Positions 1 through 9,215 of a stretch of DNA of 64,000 nucleotides are shown here, piece by piece. The DNA comes from Candidatus Multivoradales bacterium. GTDB lineage: Bacteria > Acidobacteriota > Thermoanaerobaculia > Multivoradales > JAHEKO01. Position 1 is the stretch's first letter, and every line of letters begins with the position of its first letter. Location of the stretch: assembly GCA_965248055.1 (NCBI GenBank), contig CBDFIJ010000004.1, positions 512,001 to 576,000 on the forward strand, read 5' to 3'. The notes beneath the pieces were generated by a model, which worked only from the letters and a program-made list of their open reading frames with translations, was not told the origin of the DNA and did no database searches. The translations under genes and the position numbers were made by a program.

Positions 1-65
1 TACGGAACCACAAGTGCTGCAGTTATCAGTAGTGCTACGCACCAGATCACCAAACTCTCACTCAC
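1..65 (-). CDS. Probable 5' end of the next gene of the cytochrome operon (N-terminal TM helix), running off the window
   Basis: GTG at 65 opens VSESLVIWCVALLITAALVVP with no stop before the window edge, 11 nt after the beta-barrel stop; hydrophobic stretch. Confidence 0.4.
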   Translation of the reverse strand, partial: MSESLVIWCVALLITAALVVP

Positions 66-76
66 TGGACTAGGCC

Positions 77-1720
77 CTAGAAACGATATCCGATTCCGGT
101 CAACGCTCTCTTACCTTCCACGTCGTCACCGCTGCTGAGCTCAAACTCAGCGCGAGCGAAGAAACCTCGCGGCAATGCAAACCCACTGCTGAGGCGCACC
201 CACTGGGTCTCTCGTTCGGCCATTAGGAAGGTCATGTCATCAATAGTTCGTGCACCGGCAATCAAGCCAACACGATGACCGCCGCGAAACCGCTTGCCGG
301 CTCGCAAGGTTAGCGTCAGCCCTTCACTAAACTCATTGGTAAATGACAACACATTCACCATGGCACTGTACTTACGACCAAACAGATTATTGTGCCCAAC
401 TCCGACACCCAACGAGGTGGCGTCGTCCGAATCGCCAGAACGTTCGCGGGTACCGGCGGTCAAGGTTGTCCTGAATCCCTGAGCCCTGCCGATCGTCCAG
501 CGCGCACGCAATCCCTGGCGGCGGCTCTCATCGAACAGTTCTTCGGGAATAAACCGCGTCTCCTCAGTACGATAGCGCTCAAAACGGCTGTAGGAAATCG
601 ACAACCGATTGAGTTCAGAAAGCTGCACGTTGCCATTCAAGAACAACGTAGACAATTGACTCGAAGTACCGCTGACTTGCTCACGCCAGCCTCGATTTAG
701 ATCCACTTCAGCGCGCTGATAGAAGCTCCAGCGCTTGCTGCTAATTCTGGCTTGAGTAGCAACATACTCCCGGCTAACGTCAGTCTCCCCGTCTTCTCTC
801 ACACCGGCGATCAGGAACGACCGATTGGTCTTCTTGCTAGTCGATTCATGGCGTGCGGTAAGACCGTAACTGGTGGACCCACTAGCGATGCCAAAATCCG
901 ATATTTCTGCGCGAGAACCGCCAAACGCCCCCAGGTAGAACGCCCCTAAACGCACCTCACCGCCCACTCCGTCGAGTGTGCCAACGCCGGCCAGAGAACC
1001 AAGGCGCAGCCTGCCAACCATGGCCGCATACCTAGATTCCTCCGGGTTGTAGGTGAGAGATAGTTCGTACAAGCGGTCGCGATCTTCACTTACACTAGAC
1101 GAACCGTCGGAACCAACAACTCGATCCAAAGACCGGGTAGAAGAACGAACCCTCAATTGCAAAGGCAAACCTCCGAGATTGCGACCTCGGAGGTTGAGGC
1201 GGGCCGAACTACGGTCGAAGTCATGTTCGCGTCCTGAATCGTCGGTGAACTGCTCCCAGTCGACAGTCAAACTTCCGCTCACGCGAGACCGGAGGACAGG
1301 TTCGGCTTTTGATGCCGAGCGATACGCGGTTGACGGAGCCGTCGTTTCTGCATCCGCGGGGACTTGATTCACGGAGGGGTCGGTGCTGGTTTCTTCTTCG
1401 ACCGGCACCTCGCCCTGCCAAACCACTTGATCACCTGGCTCCAAGGTCTTACTACTCTCAACAATTCGGCAAGAAGCCGAGTGAGTGGCGACGAACAGCA
1501 CTTCAAGAACGCCAATCGTGTCTCCCCCTCGCACCACCTCCAGCTGATCACCGACCGCAATCCCCAGTCGCGCACCGCCATTCAGGTAAACCCGATCTCC
1601 GGTTTGGTACTGCACTTCCAAGGTCACTGCTTGAGCAACAAGAGATGCGGCAAGCACTAGCGTCGGCATCGCAACCAATACGATTTTCCGGATCTGCATT
1701 GCTGCCAACACGCTAGTCAT
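77..1720 (-). CDS. Outer-membrane beta-barrel protein with N-terminal small beta domain, associated with multiheme cytochrome
   Basis: ATG at 1720 overlaps the cytochrome stop. Signal-like N-terminus, then VYLNGG..GDQLEV..IGVLEV beta domain, acidic linker, alternating amphipathic strands and a C-terminal GIGYRF barrel signature. Confidence 0.75.
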   Translation of the reverse strand: MTSVLAAMQIRKIVLVAMPTLVLAASLVAQAVTLEVQYQTGDRVYLNGGARLGIAVGDQLEVVRGGDTIGVLEVLFVATHSASCRIVESSKTLEPGDQVVWQGEVPVEEETSTDPSVNQVPADAETTAPSTAYRSASKAEPVLRSRVSGSLTVDWEQFTDDSGREHDFDRSSARLNLRGRNLGGLPLQLRVRSSTRSLDRVVGSDGSSSVSEDRDRLYELSLTYNPEESRYAAMVGRLRLGSLAGVGTLDGVGGEVRLGAFYLGAFGGSRAEISDFGIASGSTSYGLTARHESTSKKTNRSFLIAGVREDGETDVSREYVATQARISSKRWSFYQRAEVDLNRGWREQVSGTSSQLSTLFLNGNVQLSELNRLSISYSRFERYRTEETRFIPEELFDESRRQGLRARWTIGRAQGFRTTLTAGTRERSGDSDDATSLGVGVGHNNLFGRKYSAMVNVLSFTNEFSEGLTLTLRAGKRFRGGHRVGLIAGARTIDDMTFLMAERETQWVRLSSGFALPRGFFARAEFELSSGDDVEGKRALTGIGYRF

Positions 1721-3605
1721 CTCCGTCTGGGTGGCATTCAAGACAGGCACGGCTCTCGTACACATATCCGCTCACATCGTCATGATCGTCGTCAGTCTCT
1801 GATCGGCTATGTTCGTGGCAGTTAATGCACTCAAACACGCTGAAATCACTGGGTACGACGTGGCAGTCGGCACAGGTGTCCCATTCGTCACGGTGGTTTC
1901 CGGAGTCGATGGGGAAATACATGCCGTCGTGATTGAAATCAGCGTCCTCCCAGTCGTTGATGTTGTGGCAATCCTCACAGCTTGTAGGGAAACCAGCAGC
2001 TCGATGATCGGGGTCGTTGGTGTTGTCGTAGTCACTACGATGACAAGACACACACTCTGTAGAGGTATTGTCGAAACCATCGCTGTGGCAATCTTCGCAG
2101 TCGAGCCCACCATGACCACCGCGAAGTGGAAACGAATCGTGGTCAAAATTCGCGTCTTCCCAATCCACAATGTTGTGACAGTCCTGGCAGGTGGTGGGAA
2201 ACCCGGACTCAGCATGATTGGGGTCGCTGGTGTTGTCATAATCGGAGCGATGACACGACACACACTCGCTTGAAGTGTTATCAAAGCCATCACTGTGACA
2301 GTCCTCGCAGTCGAGCCCACCATGCCCGTCCCGTAGCGCAAAGAAGGTGTGATCGACTGTGGCGCCTTCCCATTCGACGATGTTGTGGCAGTCCTCACAC
2401 ATCGTCGAGATTCCCGACGCAGCGTGATCGGGGTCGCTGGTGTTGTCATAATCGAAGCGATGACACGACACGCACTCACTCGAAGTATTGTCAAAGCCAT
2501 CGCTGTGACAGTCTTCGCAGTCGAGCCCACCATGCCCGTCCCGTAGCGCGAAGAAGGTGTGATCGATTGTGGCGCCCTCCCACTCGACGATGTTGTGGCA
2601 GTCCTCACACATCGTCGAGATTCCCGACGCAGCGTGATCGGGGTCGCTGGTGTTGTCATAGTCGGAGCGATGACACGACACACACTGGCTCGAAGTATTG
2701 TCAAAGCCATCGCTGTGACAGTCCTCGCAGTCGAGCCCACCATGCCCGTCCCGGAGCGGGAAAAAAGTGTGATCTAGGACCGCTCCCTCCCAGGCAGCCG
2801 TACCGTGGCAGTCTTCACACATGGTGGAAAATCCGGAGGCTTGGTGATCCGGGTCAGTAGTGCTGTTGTAGTCGTCGGCGTGGCAGGCGTAACAATCAGT
2901 CGGCGTCCCCGCGAAGCCGTCGGCATGGCAGGCAGAGCAATCGAGAGGGGCATGGGCACCGCGCAGTGGGTAAAAGGTTTCGTGGTCGAAACCGGAACCG
3001 CCAAAGATCGCCGGCGACCAACCCTCCACACCGTGGCATTTCTCGCAGTTGGTAGAAAAGCCCAATATCACATGGTTGATATCAGCGTTTTGGTAGTCAT
3101 CTACATGGCAGCCGAAGCACTCGGTCGGAGTCAACTGGAATTCGAAGGGCGGATCTTCGTTGTGACAGGCGGCGCAGTCAGTGGCGCGGTGCGCGCCGGA
3201 AAGCGGGAACAGGGTTTCATCGTGCCAGGCTGCAAAGTCCAAACGTGCATCCCAACTACTCGGCGTGTGACAAGCCTCGCACGCGAACCCGAGTTCACCG
3301 AGGTGAGGATCTAAATGGCAATCAGCGCAAGCAGAGGCGACCTTGGAAAATTCAAAATCCAAGTGACAACTCATGCACGAAACATCACCGTGCCCGGCGG
3401 CAAGATCGAACCCGGTTGACAATTCATGGTCGAACTTAAGCGGTGACAGCAAGGGAGACCATCCCACAGTCGAGTGACAGTCGCTGCAAGACCCCGACAA
3501 CTCGCCGTGCGGGCTCTCCGGGCTCGCCTGGGCGGTCAACGTGGTCGGCGCCAGGGTGGCCGCCGCAATTACCAGCAATCGACATAACTTCCGGCTGCTA
3601 CTCAT
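1713..3605 (-). CDS. Secreted multiheme cytochrome c, 25 CxxCH motifs
   Basis: 25 CxxCH counted by hand; signal peptide after MSSSRK (ATG at 3605); recurring DH..FPLxGxH motifs supply candidate distal His ligands. Confidence 0.93.
   Translation of the reverse strand: MSSSRKLCRLLVIAAATLAPTTLTAQASPESPHGELSGSCSDCHSTVGWSPLLSPLKFDHELSTGFDLAAGHGDVSCMSCHLDFEFSKVASACADCHLDPHLGELGFACEACHTPSSWDARLDFAAWHDETLFPLSGAHRATDCAACHNEDPPFEFQLTPTECFGCHVDDYQNADINHVILGFSTNCEKCHGVEGWSPAIFGGSGFDHETFYPLRGAHAPLDCSACHADGFAGTPTDCYACHADDYNSTTDPDHQASGFSTMCEDCHGTAAWEGAVLDHTFFPLRDGHGGLDCEDCHSDGFDNTSSQCVSCHRSDYDNTSDPDHAASGISTMCEDCHNIVEWEGATIDHTFFALRDGHGGLDCEDCHSDGFDNTSSECVSCHRFDYDNTSDPDHAASGISTMCEDCHNIVEWEGATVDHTFFALRDGHGGLDCEDCHSDGFDNTSSECVSCHRSDYDNTSDPNHAESGFPTTCQDCHNIVDWEDANFDHDSFPLRGGHGGLDCEDCHSDGFDNTSTECVSCHRSDYDNTNDPDHRAAGFPTSCEDCHNINDWEDADFNHDGMYFPIDSGNHRDEWDTCADCHVVPSDFSVFECINCHEHSRSETDDDHDDVSGYVYESRACLECHPDGDD
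1935..2774 (-). repeat. Four tandem 210-bp (70-aa) tri-heme modules inside the cytochrome
   Basis: The 13-mer tcgagcccaccat recurs at 2101, 2311, 2521 and 2731 (period exactly 210). Each unit is DHTFF.LRDGHGGLDCEDCH..CVSCH..DH..CEDCH. Confidence 0.95.
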
Positions 3606-3745
3606 AAGAATAGAGTCTCCAGCCGGACAGCCACAGAGCAACGGAAAAGATGGCTATGGCAACGATCATATCCGTGGATGTTCATCGATTCGTTTTGATA
3701 GTGCTCTCGTTGGCACTAAATTAGGATACCAAGCCTAAGTTACAG

Positions 3746-3761
3746 TGTGATGACCGTCATT
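3746..3761. promoter_or_regulatory. Possible CRP/FNR-family operator in the divergent promoter region
   Basis: TGTGA-TGACCG-TCATT resembles TGTGA-N6-TCACA and lies between the divergent cytochrome transcription units. Confidence 0.35.
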
Positions 3762-3859
3762 TTGCAGTCGCAATCTGGCCTTAATGGTTGAGTTGATAGA
3801 CGTGAGCTTTACCAGAAATCTCTATCTCTGGCGCAAGAACTGAAAGAATCAACCAACCG

Positions 3860-4765
3860 GTGCCAACCCGCAAGTCCCAATCAACCACCGCCGCCACCCC
3901 ATCGGCAGTCCTTACTCGCCCACGGCTACCTTGGGCGGTCGGGGTTCTCTATGTGCTTTCGTTGGTCGTTCTAGCCTATTTCGCAGTCAATGGCTGGGAC
4001 TACTACACCACACCGCTGATCGAACGACCTCGCCACGAATTGTACTGGGCGTTAAAGCCCGGCGGCGAACTGGGTCGAGTTTTCGGAATCGTCGGTACCG
4101 CCTTGATGCTCTTGATGTTGTCGTACTCAGTACGCAGGAGATGGAAAGCCCTGGCAGGAATCGGGAACTTGGCTACCTGGCTTGATTTTCATATTTTCTG
4201 TGGAATCATCGGACCACTCTTTGTTGTTCTTCACAGCTCGTTCAAAGTGACTGGACTGGTAGCGCTGAGTTTTTGGTCGATGGTGCTGGTTGCGGCCAGC
4301 GGCGTAGTGGGTCGGTTTCTCTACCAGCAGATTCCGCGGCGACGGTCCGGGGACGAATTGAGTCTCGCTGAAGTTGAGGCAAGAAGACAAAGGGCGAAAC
4401 TCAGCTTATCGAGGGATTTCGGTGTCACCATAATCCACTTACAGCGCATCGAGGAAGTCGCCCTGGCAGGAGTCGATTCACAAGCTGGACTGCTGAAGGC
4501 CCTGCTAACCATGCCGGTGGCAACATCGATCGTTCGGCTGCGCATCCGCCATCTTGCCCGCCAGTTCCCTTCGGTAAATAAAAGCCAACTTGGCCGACTG
4601 CTCGAAGAGCAAGCGCTATTATCCATGCGAGTATCGATGTGGAAGCGGACCCATGAGCTGTTCCACTACTGGCACGTTCTGCACCGCCCTTTTGCCCTAG
4701 TTATGTATCTTTTCGCCGCAGTCCACATTATCGTAGCAACGGTCACTGGCTACGGCTTCAACTGA
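3860..4765 (+). CDS. Polytopic membrane protein, cytochrome b / ferric-reductase-like TM domain
   Basis: About 5 TM helices with spaced His (WLDFHIFCG..VVLHSSF; FHYWHVLH..AAVHI); stop overlaps the start of the downstream cytochrome (TGATG). Confidence 0.7.
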   Translation: MPTRKSQSTTAATPSAVLTRPRLPWAVGVLYVLSLVVLAYFAVNGWDYYTTPLIERPRHELYWALKPGGELGRVFGIVGTALMLLMLSYSVRRRWKALAGIGNLATWLDFHIFCGIIGPLFVVLHSSFKVTGLVALSFWSMVLVAASGVVGRFLYQQIPRRRSGDELSLAEVEARRQRAKLSLSRDFGVTIIHLQRIEEVALAGVDSQAGLLKALLTMPVATSIVRLRIRHLARQFPSVNKSQLGRLLEEQALLSMRVSMWKRTHELFHYWHVLHRPFALVMYLFAAVHIIVATVTGYGFN

Positions 4766-6636
4766 TGCAGCGACGACTCGTCGCAGCTTGCCTGGGAGGA
4801 ATCTTTCTGTTCGCTGTCCCGACAACAGCTCAGATCTCCCCCGGCCCGCTGGCCGACTCCCACAGCGACCTAGAAGGCAGTGGCAACTGCCTCAAATGCC
4901 ACACTCGCGGGGAAGGAGTCGAACCTAGCAAGTGTCTAAGCTGCCACCAGCCGCTACAACAGCGAATTGAGCGCGGCACCGGGCTGCATGCCGCAGTTGG
5001 CTATGAAGCCTGCAAAATCTGCCACATCGATCATCATGGTCGGTCGTTTGATTTGATCTATTGGGGCGATCAAGGGGTCGAAGAATTCGACCACACTCTG
5101 ACCGGCTATCCATTGAAAGGCGGCCATCTAAAGATTGATTGTCGAGATTGCCATCGTTCGGAATCCGTAGTCGATCCGGGGCCGCTTGTCCAAACCGGGA
5201 AGAAACTAAACCGGACGTATCTAGGCTTGAGCCCAGAATGCAATTCTTGCCACGCGGACACGCACCAGACTCAATTTGGCTCAACCCCTTGTGATTCGTG
5301 CCACCTTGTTGACGGTTGGAAGCCAGCTAGCCAGTTTGACCACGACCAATCCAACTTCGTACTCTCCGGTGGCCACCAAGAAGTTGCGTGCAATGGGTGT
5401 CATGATTCCGAAAACAGTGCCTCTGGGGACCTAGTTACGCGCTTCAAGCCGGTCCAACACCGGCTGTGTTCCGATTGCCACGCCGACCCCCACAGCGGCA
5501 GCCTGGGAGCCGAGTGCATGAGTTGCCACGGTACTTCTTCCTGGTCTGCGATCATTGGTTTCGACCACGACCGAACGAACTTTCCGCTAACTGGCGGTCA
5601 TCGGCAGGCTGCGTGTAGCGGCTGTCACCGAAATCAACGAGCAAAGCAACAGTACTCCAACATCGCCCACGCGGCTTGTACCGACTGCCATTCCGATCCA
5701 CACGAAAACAGACTCAGTGCCGAGTGCAAGTCTTGCCACACAACCTTGAGCTGGGCGGAAATTGCACCTGAAGCGTTCAACCACGAACAAACAAACTATC
5801 CTCTTGAAGGATCTCACCAAAACCTAGAGTGTGTATCTTGCCATCGAGTTGGCGAACCTTTGAGGATCACCGGCTTTGAACGCTGCGGCACCTGCCACGT
5901 TGATACTCACCTCGGTCAATTCACTCACCTAGGCTCACTAGGTGAATGCGCAACCTGTCACAACGTCAACGCGTTCTTACCGGCTCATTTTTCGTTGGAG
6001 GACCACCAGCAAAGCCGCTTTCCTCTTACTGGCCTACATCAAGCGATTCCTTGTCTGGCCTGCCACCAAGAAGCCGTCATCAGATCATCCGACGGTCGCA
6101 CTGAGAGCTTGGCCAGGAAGTTTCTCTTTGACGATTTGACCTGCTCTGCTTGCCATCGAGACCCTCACCAAGGTTCCGCCGACACTTGGCTGGCTCAAGA
6201 CGGGTGTTCAACCTGCCACACAACCGCTGCTTGGAATACCACCCGTTACGACCACAACGCTACTGAGTTCCCTTTGGAAGGGATGCATCTTTCAGTACCC
6301 TGTTCCGGATGTCACGCTGAAAATCTAACTGCCCAGCAACAAACTGAGGGGCAATACCCACTACGCCTTGCGGCAACGCCCAAGGAGTGCGCCTCCTGTC
6401 ATCAGGATATCCATCTAGGGCAGTTTTCTGGACGAGCTGGCGCCTGCCAGAGCTGCCATGCCAGCACAAGCTGGCAGGATCTCTCCTTTGACCACAATCG
6501 AGATGCGCGCTTTCCACTGGAAGGCGCTCACGCCGCCGCTTCATGTGCCTCCTGCCATTTTTTCGCCTCGCAGAACGAACCGGTTCGTTACGCACCGTTG
6601 CCAATTCTCTGTAACGATTGCCACAGTCAGAGCTAA
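4765..6636 (+). CDS. Secreted multiheme cytochrome c (c3-like repeats), 23 CxxCH motifs
   Basis: 23 CxxCH counted; signal peptide followed by AQISPGPLADSH; repeating FDH...FPLxGxH..CxxCH..CxxCHxDPH..CxxCH modules. Confidence 0.93.
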   Translation: MQRRLVAACLGGIFLFAVPTTAQISPGPLADSHSDLEGSGNCLKCHTRGEGVEPSKCLSCHQPLQQRIERGTGLHAAVGYEACKICHIDHHGRSFDLIYWGDQGVEEFDHTLTGYPLKGGHLKIDCRDCHRSESVVDPGPLVQTGKKLNRTYLGLSPECNSCHADTHQTQFGSTPCDSCHLVDGWKPASQFDHDQSNFVLSGGHQEVACNGCHDSENSASGDLVTRFKPVQHRLCSDCHADPHSGSLGAECMSCHGTSSWSAIIGFDHDRTNFPLTGGHRQAACSGCHRNQRAKQQYSNIAHAACTDCHSDPHENRLSAECKSCHTTLSWAEIAPEAFNHEQTNYPLEGSHQNLECVSCHRVGEPLRITGFERCGTCHVDTHLGQFTHLGSLGECATCHNVNAFLPAHFSLEDHQQSRFPLTGLHQAIPCLACHQEAVIRSSDGRTESLARKFLFDDLTCSACHRDPHQGSADTWLAQDGCSTCHTTAAWNTTRYDHNATEFPLEGMHLSVPCSGCHAENLTAQQQTEGQYPLRLAATPKECASCHQDIHLGQFSGRAGACQSCHASTSWQDLSFDHNRDARFPLEGAHAAASCASCHFFASQNEPVRYAPLPILCNDCHSQS

Positions 6637-6859
6637 TACCGTTACTACCACCGACGCAGCCCATTGAAGTGTTCCGCCGCGGACCTGTAGTTGGTCGAAG
6701 TTGCACCACCATACCTGGTAGGCGACTGGAGAGCCTCCCTCAGGATTACAAGCGTTGGTCTCGTGTTGCCTCGAGAGCGCCCTCTCTCATGGCGTCGATC
6801 AAGCTCCCTTCTTGTCATCGATCAGTAAAAGGGTCAGAGGCTGACAGATCCCCCTCGTT

Positions 6860-6897
6860 CGTCATCCCGGCGCCAGGGCGGACGGGGGGCCGAGATC
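6860..6897 (+). repeat. CGTC-type REP-like palindrome
   Basis: CGTCATCCCGGCG...GGGGGGCCGAGATC; resembles the reverse complement of 21374-21410; lies in a convergent intergenic gap. Confidence 0.55.
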
Positions 6898-6904
6898 TAT
6901 GCTG

Positions 6905-6960
6905 TTACTGGCTCGATCCCTGGCGGTTGAGCCGCTTGTCGTAGTCCAGAAAGACGATCT
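6905..6960 (-). pseudogene. Severed 3' end of the DUF547 gene
   Basis: After removing the IS and one target duplication, the frame continues KIV-FLDYDKRLNRQGSSQ* with the stop at 6905-6907, resembling the usual YDWxLN tail. Confidence 0.8.
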
Positions 6961-8324
6961 GGATCCGTCCCGATTGTTGTGGAAATTGAGAAAGGCGTAA
7001 CCTCCGGTAGTCAAAAACCGTCGCCGAGTAGGCGAAAGGAGGCTACGCCATGGACAAGAGTACCAATCAGAGACCGGAATCATCTCGTTTCCACCAAGAT
7101 ATTCAGTCAAAGCTTCAGCACCGTATCCGGGAAGCAATCGAAATAGTTCTAGAAGAAGAGCTTGCTGACGCATTGGGTTGTGTTGCGTACGAGCGCTCAG
7201 ATGAGCGCTCGGGCTATCGCAACGGCAAACAAGAGCGGACGATCACGACCCGATACGGATCCCGGCAACTGCGAATTCCTCGTGGTCGGGTAGTAGGCCA
7301 AGATGGATCCACTGAGGAGTTTCAAAGCCAGCTTGTTGAGCGCTACCAGCGGCGCACCCGAGAGGTGGATGAAGCGATTCTCGGCTGCTACCTAGCAGGG
7401 GCCAACAGCCGTCGGATCAAGAAGGCCTTGACTCCACTGCTGGGCAGGGAGCATCTATCCAAGAGCGCTGTGTCTCGGGTGGTATCTCGTTTGAAGGAGC
7501 ACTTTGCCCGTTGGAGTGATCGAGGCCTGTCCGAGGAAAGCTACCCGATCTTGTTTCTTGATGGCTTTCACTTGAAAGTGCGGCTTGCTCGGCGCGTGGT
7601 GTCAGCTCCGGTGCTGGCTGCTCTGGGGGTAAGAAAAGATGGCACCAAGGTACTGGTAGCTCTACGGTTAGCAGCCAGTGAGGCAGGCAGTCACTGGAAG
7701 TGGTTGATTGAAGATCTTAAACGCAGGGGCTTGAAAGCACCGCATCTCCTGGTCTCAGACGGCCACAAGGGCTTGGCGGTGGGAGTCAGGGCTTGGCCAG
7801 AGGCCAAAGTCCAGCGCTGTATCCAGCACAAGTGGGAAAACCTGAAGAAGCACTGCCCTAAGCATGCTCATGGTGAGCTCAAGCGAGACTGGGATCAAGT
7901 GGTGCGAGCCCAAGATGCCCTGGCGGCCCGAGAGAGTTATTCAATCTTTGTTACCAAGTGGTCCAAGCTGGTGCCCGCAGTAGCCAGGAGTTTTCAAGAG
8001 GCTGGGATGGAACTGATCACTTTCTACGATTTACCGAGATCATTGTGGCGATCCACAAGGACCACCAACGCGCTGGAGAATCTCAACCGTGAGTTTCGGC
8101 GCCGTACCAAGACCCAAGGCTCATTCTCGACTGAGGCAGCGGGTGTTACCTTGCTCTGGGGACTCGTCGCTTTCGGTCAGATCAAGATGCACCGCATCAA
8201 CGGCTACCAAGACTTGCACCGGATGCTTGACCGTCAAGCAGCCGCGTAGGACTAGAATCAACTAAACCTGACTGCGGGAGACGCTACGCCAAATACCAAT
8301 TTCCACAAGATTCGGGACACATCC
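6961..8324 (+). mobile_element. Complete IS256-family element with 8-bp target-site duplication
   Basis: IRL GGATCCGTCCCGATTGTTGTGGAAATTG versus reverse-complemented IRR GGATGTGTCCCGAATCTTGTGGAAATTG; GACGATCT flanks both sides (6953-6960 and 8325-8332). Confidence 0.95.
7050..8249 (+). CDS. IS256-family (Mutator-type) DDE transposase
   Basis: YRNG, LFLDG, LVSDGHKGL, QRCIQH and RTTNALENLNREFRRR motifs; GGAGG RBS. Confidence 0.95.
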   Translation: MDKSTNQRPESSRFHQDIQSKLQHRIREAIEIVLEEELADALGCVAYERSDERSGYRNGKQERTITTRYGSRQLRIPRGRVVGQDGSTEEFQSQLVERYQRRTREVDEAILGCYLAGANSRRIKKALTPLLGREHLSKSAVSRVVSRLKEHFARWSDRGLSEESYPILFLDGFHLKVRLARRVVSAPVLAALGVRKDGTKVLVALRLAASEAGSHWKWLIEDLKRRGLKAPHLLVSDGHKGLAVGVRAWPEAKVQRCIQHKWENLKKHCPKHAHGELKRDWDQVVRAQDALAARESYSIFVTKWSKLVPAVARSFQEAGMELITFYDLPRSLWRSTRTTNALENLNREFRRRTKTQGSFSTEAAGVTLLWGLVAFGQIKMHRINGYQDLHRMLDRQAAA

Positions 8325-9104
8325 GACGATCTTGGCCTGGGCCGGAATCGGATCCACAGCTCCCCGGAACCGGTTGAGGTAGTCGATCAGAGTTCCACCG
8401 CTTCCCGCTTGGCCGGCTTCATAGTCTTTGAAATCAGACCGGAACCAATCAAAAATCTTGGATAGATGGACAGTTGTGCTCGCAGAGTCGTAGCGACAAT
8501 TACCTTCCTGGTTGACAAACTCGGTCATAGCTGCAGTCAACTGGGAGTCTAAGATCTCAGCTTCAAACGGTTCTTGGGGTAATCGCGGACAACCGCGAGA
8601 TGCACAGTTGAGGGCGGCGTGAATCCGCGGATCGTGAAACTGCGCCCGCACGATCTCGTTCTCAAGCTTGTTGAGGCTCATGCGCTCGCCGCCAAGTTGG
8701 TACTTATTGCCAACGAAAAAACCCGCACCGGTACCCGTCCAACCCCAGACCGTGTCCTTACCTGCCGGTAAATTCAGCACTCCACGAAAGACCAACGCGT
8801 TGTATGCGTTGACATAATAAGCCAAGGCATGGTTTTGACTGGGGAACAACTCTGGGCGATTCATCGGGCTGATCGTCTTCACTTGATCCAGATAGGACTC
8901 CAAGGCTTGAGGATGGTCTTCCAGAGAGGCGTAGTCCACCTGTCCGTCGGCATCGACAAACCGGAGCAGAACTTCAGCCCACCCAAAATGATCGTAGGTG
9001 GTGCGACTGAAAATCTTGTGCGGCTCTTCCGCCATCACTCCCCCTGTGCAATTGGTCGCAACCAGCACACCCACTACAACTTGTCGTATCTGTTTTCCGC
9101 GCAT
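8262..9104 (-). pseudogene. DUF547-domain protein interrupted by IS256 (chimeric C-terminus)
   Basis: VDYASL, LAYYVNAYNA, DPRIHAALNCASRGCP and LSKIFDWFRSDF motifs. The native frame is cut at 8325 and the last ~20 aa derive from the IS end. Confidence 0.85.
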
Positions 9105-9215
9105 GCCCCTTCTACGCGCCTGTGCACCGCCCGAAACGCAAAGCCAGGGCGCCAGCCCTTGGTTGAAACAGACCCAGCATCCTGTCCATCTCCCTCCAGC
9201 GGGCAAACGGCCCTT

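Noticed and set aside
1935-2774. Regularly spaced repeats as a possible CRISPR array
   Set aside because: The whole 210-bp unit repeats in frame, with no unique spacers and no cas genes.
1772-2860. Long alternative-frame ORFs with repeats (1772-2743 minus, 2126-2860 plus)
   Set aside because: They are shadows of the 210-bp coding repeats of the cytochrome and have no independent motifs.
3710-3727. TTGGCAC as a sigma54 -24 element
   Set aside because: The -12 TTGC is absent (TAGG at that position).
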